Positions 1-6,748 of a DNA stretch of 22,274 bases are shown here, piece after piece. The position numbers and the translations under genes are program-made. The notes under the pieces are model-generated. The model was not told the origin of the DNA, made no database searches, and was given only the letters and a program-made list of their open reading frames with translations. Position 1 is the first letter of the stretch; the number at the start of each line of letters is the position of its first letter. This DNA comes from Candidatus Hermodarchaeota archaeon (GTDB taxonomy: Archaea > Asgardarchaeota > Hermodarchaeia > Hermodarchaeales > Hermodarchaeaceae): assembly GCA_016840065.1 (NCBI GenBank), contig JAEOTB010000080.1:1-22274 (forward strand). The letters are read 5' to 3'.

Positions 1-238
1 AGTGACGTTTGTTCAGGGTTACCTTGTAGTCTTGCGAATCCGGTTGGAGGGCGACTTGAAGGGTGAATTTCTGGTCGCCAACGGTTACTTGGAAAACACC
101 CTTGTCTCGATCAACATCTGTGATTCGGACTGTGAACATGATTTCACTAACTGTAACTGTGAGTTTTGCCTCCCTGGAGTCTTCAACTGTAACCGGAATG
201 GTTTCGTCATTTAGTACGAGTTCGTATTTCCGAATCAA
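1..238 (-). CDS. Putative biotin carboxyl carrier protein, N-terminal beta-rich (BT-barrel-like) part; truncated at window edge
   Basis: Not in the ORF track. Manual translation from TTG at 238 (alternatives GTG 253, TTG 250; AGGTG RBS-like at 255-251): MIRKYELVLNDETIPVTVEDSREAKLTVTVSEIMFTVRITDVDRDKGVFQVTVGDQKFTLQVALQPDSQDYKVTLNKRH..., open to position 2. Repeating beta-strand pattern typical of BCCP N-termini, directly downstream of a carboxyltransferase. The biotinyl-lysine (AMKM) motif is not visible and would lie outside the window. Confidence 0.7.
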   Translation of the reverse strand, partial: MIRKYELVLNDETIPVTVEDSREAKLTVTVSEIMFTVRITDVDRDKGVFQVTVGDQKFTLQVALQPDSQDYKVTLNKRH

Positions 239-262
239 TTGGTTTCCCAACACCTGGTTATT

Positions 263-1774
263 TTAGTCCCCGCCCATGGCTTCGCGGCGCCCAGCCATAG
301 TCCATGGGCTGATTCTTTGAGGGCTACGACTACGGATAAGTGGTAAGCTTAATGTGTCTGGTTGCGCTTCAAGTAAAGTGGCAGTGATTGCAGCAAGTAG
401 GTCCGGAGTTATTTCTCCGAGGGCTTGTTTCTGCTTTCGATGATTGAAGAATTCCATTGCAGGTTGAGGGAAGAGGATGTAAGCAATGATGTCCTCGATA
501 TCACTTGTGATTCCCTTAAGCTCACGACGAGCTTTGGGTATTGCAGATTTTAACAAGTCAGCGGGACGGCATGTGATTGGTTCCTCGTCACCAATAATTA
601 CCCGTTGGATTTTCGCATCAATAGGGGCTGGAGGGCGACCATAATAGCCGCGCACATACTGCTTCACCTCTTCGGGGATTGTCTTATAACGCTCGCCCAA
701 AAGGACATTGAGTGTAGCTTGAGTGCCCACTATCTGACTGGATGGTGTTACCAACGGTGGATATCCTAGCTCTTGACGAACACGTGGCACTTCGTCTAAT
801 ACTTCGGGGAGCCTATCTAGCGCTTGCTGTTCTCGTAACTGGTTGATAAGGTTTGAAAGCATCCCGCCAGGAATCTGAAACTGCAAGACATTGGTGTCAA
901 CTCCTACAAAACCAGACTCAAAGTCGCAATAGCCTTGCCGTGTCTCTCGGAAATATTCAGCGATTTCCGACAACAATTCTAGGTCCAAACCAGGATCCCA
1001 TTGAGTGCCTTGCAGAACAGCAACCAGGGTTTCACAAGGAGGCTGGGAGGTACCAAGTGCTAGAGGTGAGATGGCAGTATCCACCACATCCACACCTGCC
1101 TGAATGGCTTCCAAGTAAGCCATACTAGCCATGCCGCTCGTGTAATGACTATGGAGTTGGATAGGGACACTGATTTCTTCTTTTAGACGGGTCACTAGCT
1201 CTCGGGCTACAAAAGGGCTCAATAAACCTGCCATGTCCTTGATACAGATTGAATCAGCATCCATTCCCTCTAGGGACTTTGCGAGCTGGACGAATGACTC
1301 TACATTATCTACAGGGCTAATAGTATAACAGATGCTAAGCTGGGCATGACATCCCACTTTTTTGACTGCCTTGACTGCCGTTCGCATGTTACGCGGATCG
1401 TTGAGCGCATCAAAGATACGGAAAATGTCTATCCCATTTTTCGCAGCCAGCTTGACAAACTTGCGAACCACATCGTCAGGATAATGTCTGTAGCCAACAA
1501 TGTTCTGACCTCGAAGAAGCATCTGGAGCTTGGTCTTTGGAAGGGCTTCACGAAGGTCCCTGAGCCGCTGCCAAGGGCTCTCCTTCAAGAACCGGAGTGG
1601 AGCATCAAAGGTTGCTCCGCCCCAAACCTCCATTGAGTGGAAACCTACTTGGTCCATCTTTTCTGAGATGGGGAGCATATCTCTTGTGTGCATCCGTGTT
1701 GCTAGAAGGGACTGATGAGCGTCGCGAAAGGAAGTATCAGTGATTTTTACCGGATGAACCGAAGTCGCCGCCAA
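263..1774 (-). CDS. pycB: Pyruvate/oxaloacetate carboxyltransferase subunit (PycB/OadA/transcarboxylase 5S family) without a biotinyl domain, with a C-terminal docking tail
   Basis: Motifs DTSFRDAHQSLLATRM, EVWGGATFD, LQMLLRGQN, IKDMAG (carbamylated Lys), HSH metal ligands and PPLVTPSSQIVG. No EAMKM motif. TTG start with GGAGGT RBS upstream. Confidence 0.92.
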   Translation of the reverse strand: MAATSVHPVKITDTSFRDAHQSLLATRMHTRDMLPISEKMDQVGFHSMEVWGGATFDAPLRFLKESPWQRLRDLREALPKTKLQMLLRGQNIVGYRHYPDDVVRKFVKLAAKNGIDIFRIFDALNDPRNMRTAVKAVKKVGCHAQLSICYTISPVDNVESFVQLAKSLEGMDADSICIKDMAGLLSPFVARELVTRLKEEISVPIQLHSHYTSGMASMAYLEAIQAGVDVVDTAISPLALGTSQPPCETLVAVLQGTQWDPGLDLELLSEIAEYFRETRQGYCDFESGFVGVDTNVLQFQIPGGMLSNLINQLREQQALDRLPEVLDEVPRVRQELGYPPLVTPSSQIVGTQATLNVLLGERYKTIPEEVKQYVRGYYGRPPAPIDAKIQRVIIGDEEPITCRPADLLKSAIPKARRELKGITSDIEDIIAYILFPQPAMEFFNHRKQKQALGEITPDLLAAITATLLEAQPDTLSLPLIRSRSPQRISPWTMAGRREAMGGD

Positions 1775-1999
1775 AGAGTAACCTCCGAGTAGATCTATTT
1801 TTCATCCACAAATATCGTGAATACCCTTTAAGCAGTTCCCCTATGCTATGACAATGAACAGGAATTCAGAAGTGACTAACATCCAAGTAGTCAACAAGGA
1901 CTATTTTGAAGATAGATTAATATCCCGTGACCGGGCAAATACGTTTGAAGGAGTATCTAACCATACACAACGGGTTAGACACTATTAGGAGAAACCAAG

Positions 2000-3217
2000 A
2001 TGAAGAAAGTCGTTAGAAGAGTTCCATCGGCTTTGCTAGTATTACTTCTGTTTGTCATGGTCTTTTCATTCACACCAAGTCAAAGTGTATCTTCGGATTT
2101 ACCAAGTGTTCCCATGGAAAGGTCTTCTGCTGAAAAGGCAATCGTAGTTACCGATGTTGACTTTTATCAGGTAAACTTCAACCTAAGTGGGTATGCTACA
2201 CCCAATTCGGGCTATGGCGTCATCGAGCTAGATTTTACTGGTTCTAGACAAATCGAATACCTGAACCTGAACTGCAATAATACGTGGGTCATTCAGAATG
2301 CTCCTCTCTTGAGCGTAGGGGGCGAAGAAGCAGGGCAATCACAGCGCTTCTGGTTCCCACTCGGGGTTGCGGACGGTGTCGAAGTGACCTACATAGAGTA
2401 CGGCTACACTCTCACAGAACAAATACAAGAAGCCGCTCCAGAGCGTAACAATGAGGCTCTAGTTTCTGACGTTGAATACGTGATATTTAATGGCGGGGCA
2501 GATATCCAGGTGGACCCAACATGGCCCCAGGCAACAATAGTCATCGGTGGCTTAATCACGGACACAATTCTCCATGTCAAGAACAATGTCCCGAATCAAG
2601 AGGCTGGACTACTCGAGTGCGCACCAACCGCTGTTTCCAACAGTCTACAATACCTAAACACCCACCACAGTCTAGGAATAAACGCGTCAGAATTGACCAT
2701 CGACAAGATGAAAGACGCTTGCAACTTCATGGCTGGTCTAGGATGCTACATCTGGCATAACGATGCAAGACCTGCTGGTATGAGGAATGCGTGGTATGAG
2801 GATAAAGCCGCTTACATACAGGATATAGGCTGGGCAATCACCACGAAGAGGATTGACCCTGCTGACATCAGCGATGTAATTGCAGAAATCGACGCCTGCG
2901 AAGATATCGAAATGGAGATAGCTGGTCATACGGTCACTGTCGTCGGTATGGCTGATCTCGGAGGCGGTAATTACTCTGTTACAATTCAACATGATACCAA
3001 TCAGGGCGCAGCAGGCGGGTGTGTTACTGAGACTGCCTTTTGGGACACCAACACTAACTCGTGGTCGGGTGCCCTTGCTGGGTGGGGTCTGAACTACTTC
3101 ATTGTCGAGTCACCGGTGAGTGTCGAAATCCCTGGCTTTCCACTACCTGCTCTACTAGTCGGACTAGTCATTGCTATTGCTCTTGTCCTATCTGTTCGTC
3201 GACGTAAAAGATTTTGA
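2000..3217 (+). CDS. Secreted, C-terminally anchored papain-like (C39-like) cysteine peptidase homologue with IPGF (Loki-CTERM-like) sorting tail
   Basis: N-terminal signal peptide (MKKVVRRV + hydrophobic stretch). Candidate catalytic set Q200, C207 (PNQEAGLLECAPTAVSNSL), H310 (GHTVTVVG), D332 (IQHD). C-terminus EIPGFPLPALLVGLVIAIALVLSVRRRKRF. AGGAG RBS. Confidence 0.65.
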   Translation: MKKVVRRVPSALLVLLLFVMVFSFTPSQSVSSDLPSVPMERSSAEKAIVVTDVDFYQVNFNLSGYATPNSGYGVIELDFTGSRQIEYLNLNCNNTWVIQNAPLLSVGGEEAGQSQRFWFPLGVADGVEVTYIEYGYTLTEQIQEAAPERNNEALVSDVEYVIFNGGADIQVDPTWPQATIVIGGLITDTILHVKNNVPNQEAGLLECAPTAVSNSLQYLNTHHSLGINASELTIDKMKDACNFMAGLGCYIWHNDARPAGMRNAWYEDKAAYIQDIGWAITTKRIDPADISDVIAEIDACEDIEMEIAGHTVTVVGMADLGGGNYSVTIQHDTNQGAAGGCVTETAFWDTNTNSWSGALAGWGLNYFIVESPVSVEIPGFPLPALLVGLVIAIALVLSVRRRKRF

Positions 3218-3244
3218 ACTACGCTTAAATCGAGTTCCAAATCT

Positions 3245-3260
3245 AGCTCAAGGCTGAGCT
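3245..3260. terminator. Short hairpin between convergent genes, possible terminator
   Basis: AGCTCA-AGGC-TGAGCT perfect 6-bp stem in the 58-bp gap between convergent stop codons. Only weak T tracts nearby. Confidence 0.25.
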
Positions 3261-3275
3261 TTCCTAGCCGTAGGT

Positions 3276-4838
3276 TTACAAGGGGATATTTCCGTGTTTC
3301 TTACGTGGGAGTGACTGTCGCTTTGTTCGGAGCATATCAAGGGCGGCTATGAGTCGAGGGCGGGTCACTGCTGGCTCGATTACCTCGTCGATGAAACCCC
3401 GCCTAGTCCCCGAATAGGGGTTAGCGAAGCGCTTACGGTATTCTGCAATCCTGTCTGCCCGTGTTTGCTCGGGGTCTTCTGATTTCTGGATTTCCCGGCG
3501 AAAAATGATGTTTGCTGCACCCTCAGGCCCCATCACAGCCAACTCACAGGTTGGCCAAGCATACACCACATCAGCACGCAAATGCTTCGAACCGAGAACC
3601 ACGTAGGCACCACCAATGGCTTTCCTCGTAATCACGGTAACTTTGGGTACCGTCGCCTCTGCATATGCGAAGAGAATCTTAGCACCGTGGCGGATAATAC
3701 CTCTATGTTCTTGATCGACACCAGGAAGGAAACCTGGTACATCCATGAATGTTAACACGGGAATGTTAAAGGCGTCACAGAAACGGACGAAGCGAGCGCA
3801 TTTGTCTGCAGCGTCGATATCGATTGTACCTGCTAGGTAGTTAGGCTGATTAGCGACAACACCAACTGGATGACCGTTTAAGCGGATGAAACCAACAACC
3901 ATGTTCTGGGCAAAGTGCTGATGAACCTCAAGGAACCTATGATTATCAGCGACACTAACAATGGCTTGTTTCATATCATATGGGATAGTTGGGTTATCTG
4001 GGAGGAGGTCATTTAGTTTTGGATCTGTGCGGCGCGGGTCATCTGTAGGCTCCTCATAAGGTGCATCATCCATATTATTAGAAGGGATATATGATAGAAG
4101 GTCTCGAATGATTTGAAGGCAATGGTCCTCGTTTTCTGCGGCAAACTGGGCGACACCGCTTTTCACGTTATGAGTCATAGCGCCACCAAGCTCCTCAAAG
4201 GAGATTTCCTCTCCAGTAACAGATTTAATGACATTAGGACCCGTGATGAACATGTGACTGGTCTTAGCTACCATTATTGTGAAGTCTGTAACAGCAGGGC
4301 TATACACTGCGCCTCCAGCACAGGGGCCCATTATGGCACTTATCTGAGGGATGACCCCTGAAGCTATGACGTTGCGGTAGAAGATCTCTCCATACGCCCC
4401 AAGACTAGCCACACCCTCTTGAATTCGGGCACCACCTGAATCATTTAACCCTATTACTGGTGCCCCGGTTTCCAGCGCTAAATCCATGATTTTACAGACC
4501 TTTTCGCCGAACATCTCACCGAGGGCGCCACCAAATACTGTGAAATCTTGGCTGAAGATGAATACAAGTCGTCCGTTAACAGTTCCGTAACCTGTCACTA
4601 CACCGTCGCCAGGTATCTTCCGTTTTTCCATACCAAATTCTGTGCTACGATGTTCAACGAGAGCGTCAAATTCTATGAAAGTACTCGGATCAAGCAATCG
4701 TTCTATCCTTTCACGAGCAGTCTGTTTTCCAGCCTTGTGCTGACGTTCAATTCGTTCCTTTCCGCCACCGAGTTTCGCCTTTTCTATCCGTTTTTGAAGC
4801 TCCTTCATCTTCTCTCGAAATACATCAGAAGGTACCAT
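3276..4838 (-). CDS. pccB: Acyl-CoA carboxyltransferase (propionyl-CoA carboxylase beta / methylmalonyl-CoA carboxyltransferase 12S / MmdA family)
   Basis: Motifs GKQTARERI, PGDGVVTG, QDFTVFGG, DSGGARIQEG, GPCAGGAVYSPA, DVPGFLPG, IIRHGAK, C-terminal KKHGNIPL; 520 aa. Confidence 0.95.
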   Translation of the reverse strand: MVPSDVFREKMKELQKRIEKAKLGGGKERIERQHKAGKQTARERIERLLDPSTFIEFDALVEHRSTEFGMEKRKIPGDGVVTGYGTVNGRLVFIFSQDFTVFGGALGEMFGEKVCKIMDLALETGAPVIGLNDSGGARIQEGVASLGAYGEIFYRNVIASGVIPQISAIMGPCAGGAVYSPAVTDFTIMVAKTSHMFITGPNVIKSVTGEEISFEELGGAMTHNVKSGVAQFAAENEDHCLQIIRDLLSYIPSNNMDDAPYEEPTDDPRRTDPKLNDLLPDNPTIPYDMKQAIVSVADNHRFLEVHQHFAQNMVVGFIRLNGHPVGVVANQPNYLAGTIDIDAADKCARFVRFCDAFNIPVLTFMDVPGFLPGVDQEHRGIIRHGAKILFAYAEATVPKVTVITRKAIGGAYVVLGSKHLRADVVYAWPTCELAVMGPEGAANIIFRREIQKSEDPEQTRADRIAEYRKRFANPYSGTRRGFIDEVIEPAVTRPRLIAALDMLRTKRQSLPRKKHGNIPL

Positions 4839-4947
4839 ACCAGATGCACCTAATCCTTTTCTAGCTCAATTGGAGACGCCACTACTTGTAACGTCTACAC
4901 TTAAAATCAATTGTTGCTCAGAGATAAAGCAGGTGGGGAAAGAATTG

Positions 4948-4974
4948 ATTAGGAAAACCTAATACTTTTTATTA
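4948..4974 (+). promoter_or_regulatory. Palindrome ATTAGG-N4-CCTAAT (DtxR/SirR/MntR-type box) abutting the BRE/TATA-like element of the rubrerythrin gene
   Basis: ATTAGGAAAACCTAAT at 4948-4963, followed by ACTTTTTATTA. GGAGG RBS at about 4996-5000 and ATG at 5010. Confidence 0.5.
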
Positions 4975-5009
4975 CCCTTTATTGACGAATCATTGGGAGG
5001 ATTATTACA

Positions 5010-5582
5010 ATGCAAAAAACTCTCGAGAACCTTACAAAAGCCTTCATCGGCGAAAGCCAGGCCCGAAACCGGTACTGGATGTACGCTAAAATCGCCAAGA
5101 AGGAAGGCTACGTTCAAATTTTTGAAATCTTCAGGGAAACAGCTGAACAAGAATATGAGCACGCCAGCACCCTATTCGAATTCATCCAGAAACTGAGAAA
5201 GAAAAGCGACGAAATTAAAGTCGAAGCTGAAGCTCCACTAATCCTTGGGGACACGAAGGACAATCTTCGCGCCGCCATCGCTGGTGAAACCTATGAGCAC
5301 ACCAAGATGTACCCCGAGTTCGCCAAGATTGCACAAAAGGAGGGCTACAATAAGATAGCAGCTCGACTCCGCGCCATTGGAAGAGCAGAGGAGCACCATG
5401 CTGAACGCTACCAGAAACTTCTCAACCAACTGGAAAAGGGCACATTCTTCGAGAAAGACACCGAAGTCGATTGGGTCTGCCTTGAATGTGGTTATGAGCA
5501 CCGCGGCACTAAGCCACCCAAGGAATGCCCGAGTTGCCACCACTCACACGCGTACTTCAAGTTAAAGTGCGAAAAGTACTAA
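5010..5582 (+). CDS. rbr: Rubrerythrin
   Basis: Di-iron four-helix motifs GESQARNRY, EQEYEHA, AIAGETYEH..MYP, EEHHAERY, plus a C-terminal rubredoxin-like CLECGY...CPSCHH. Confidence 0.96.
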   Translation: MQKTLENLTKAFIGESQARNRYWMYAKIAKKEGYVQIFEIFRETAEQEYEHASTLFEFIQKLRKKSDEIKVEAEAPLILGDTKDNLRAAIAGETYEHTKMYPEFAKIAQKEGYNKIAARLRAIGRAEEHHAERYQKLLNQLEKGTFFEKDTEVDWVCLECGYEHRGTKPPKECPSCHHSHAYFKLKCEKY

Positions 5583-5665
5583 GAATCCAGCATAGTTCAT
5601 CAAATAATTTGAGACAGGTCTGAAGAAGAAAGACCGAACAATAAATCGTAGATAGGTGATCGTAT

Positions 5666-5830
5666 ATGGCCCAGAAATACGTCTGTACCGCTTGCGGCTA
5701 CGTCTATGACCCAGAATTAGGGGATCCTGATGGAGGCATCGCCCCTGGCACAGCCTTCGAGGATATCCCCGAGGACTGGGTCTGCCCATTGTGCGGCGTA
5801 GGAAAAGACATGTTCGAACCAACCGAGTAA
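5666..5830 (+). CDS. rub: Rubredoxin (54 aa; below the ORF-track cutoff)
   Basis: Manual translation [54 protein letters not shown], with canonical CxxCGY..GDP..GT.F..WVCPxCG. AGGTGA RBS upstream. Confidence 0.97.
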   Translation: MAQKYVCTACGYVYDPELGDPDGGIAPGTAFEDIPEDWVCPLCGVGKDMFEPTE

Positions 5831-5980
5831 AACAGGTTCACTAGGTTCTCAGAATGAGCAGAGGTAAGAAATACAGTTGAGAGCTCTGCTCTCACCTCTC
5901 CTCCATTATTTTTGTCTAATTATTCTTAGTTTAGAAAAAAACCTATCAGTATTTCAAGACAACACCCTTACCTATATTAT

Positions 5981-6008
5981 TTTTCTTAAGAAAAGAAAAT
6001 TATATATA
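5981..6008 (+). promoter_or_regulatory. Perfect 14-bp palindrome followed by a BRE/TATA-like element
   Basis: TTTTCTTAAGAAAA (5981-5994), then GAAAAT-TATATATA (5995-6008), about 35 bp upstream of ATG 6044. Confidence 0.45.
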
Positions 6009-6043
6009 CTTGGGGGACGATAGAATATACAGAGTTGATCCAG

Positions 6044-6298
6044 ATGGTACTCGACGATTGCCCCGGCGCAGCCGACCTCAAGAGACCAACTATAAAGTTC
6101 AAGACTTGCCCGAAATGTGGAGAAGAAATCGAATTATTCTCCGATGATGTCAAGATGGACTGCGAAGAATGCGGCTTCACAGTGTACAACGATGCTCTCT
6201 CTTGTGTTGAATGGTGCGAATACGCGAAGGAGTGTGTGGGTGAAGAAACCTACGAAACTCTAATGAAAATCATCAAGAGAAAAAAGGCAGAAACCTAG
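6044..6298 (+). CDS. Small uncharacterised 8-cysteine metal-binding protein (zinc-ribbon/rubredoxin-like site plus a second Cys cluster)
   Basis: 84 aa from ATG 6044 (alternative TTG 6035). Cys pattern C-x15-CxxC-x14-CxxC-x10-C-x3-C-x5-C. Lies between rubredoxin and desulfoferrodoxin. Confidence 0.8.
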   Translation: MVLDDCPGAADLKRPTIKFKTCPKCGEEIELFSDDVKMDCEECGFTVYNDALSCVEWCEYAKECVGEETYETLMKIIKRKKAET

Positions 6299-6354
6299 AG
6301 GCAAAAACTACTTACCACAGTTGTCGAGTAAAAACCGATAGGATATGAGTCAAG

Positions 6355-6732
6355 ATGACAGAATTATTGCAAGTTTACAAATGTAAGATTTGTGGAAATA
6401 TCGTAGAAGTGCTACACGCAGGACGTGGAACACTAGTTTGCTGCGGTCAGGCTATGCAACTACAAGAAGAGCAAACAGCAGATTACGCGACTGAGAAACA
6501 CGTTCCAGTCATTGAAGAGACAACAAACGGTATCCGAGTGACAGTCGGTTCAACACTTCATCCAATGGAATCAAAACATTGGATTGAGTGGATCCAAATT
6601 CTTGTAGATGGTAAAAGCTACCGTCAATTCCTTGAACCCGGAGCCAAACCTGAAGCCGAATTCGAAGTAAAAGGCAAAGAAATCATTGCCAGAGAATACT
6701 GTAACATCCATGGCCTGTGGAAAACTTCCTAG
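6355..6732 (+). CDS. dfx: Desulfoferrodoxin (2Fe superoxide reductase)
   Basis: Desulforedoxin centre I CKICGN...CCG. Centre [27 protein letters not shown]. Confidence 0.96.
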   Translation: MTELLQVYKCKICGNIVEVLHAGRGTLVCCGQAMQLQEEQTADYATEKHVPVIEETTNGIRVTVGSTLHPMESKHWIEWIQILVDGKSYRQFLEPGAKPEAEFEVKGKEIIAREYCNIHGLWKTS

Positions 6733-6748
6733 AAGTTCCAAATCGCAT

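Noticed and set aside
2-266. Plus-strand ORFs 2-214 (Cys-rich) and 63-266
   Set aside because: Shadows of the minus-strand putative BCCP gene. The Cys codons come from antisense ACA triplets.
263-4838. Na+-pumping oxaloacetate or methylmalonyl-CoA decarboxylase
   Set aside because: No OadB/MmdB membrane subunit or TM-anchored gamma/delta subunit in the window. Not excluded beyond the left edge.
4862-4935. TAGCTCAATTGGAGACGC resembles a tRNA D-arm
   Set aside because: No T-arm (GTTCRA), acceptor stem or anticodon stem follows.
5853-5895. ATGA + stem + AA-containing loop after rubredoxin, like a eukaryote/Loki-type SECIS
   Set aside because: No 3' GA to complete the core, and no in-frame TGA in the neighbouring genes.
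5562-5895. Minus-strand ORFs 5562-5822 and 5704-5895
   Set aside because: Antisense shadows of the rubredoxin gene.
6015-6030. GGACGAT resembles half of the Ptr2 (Lrp-family) site known from rubredoxin/rubrerythrin promoters
   Set aside because: Only a half-site, and it lies downstream of TATA rather than upstream of the BRE.
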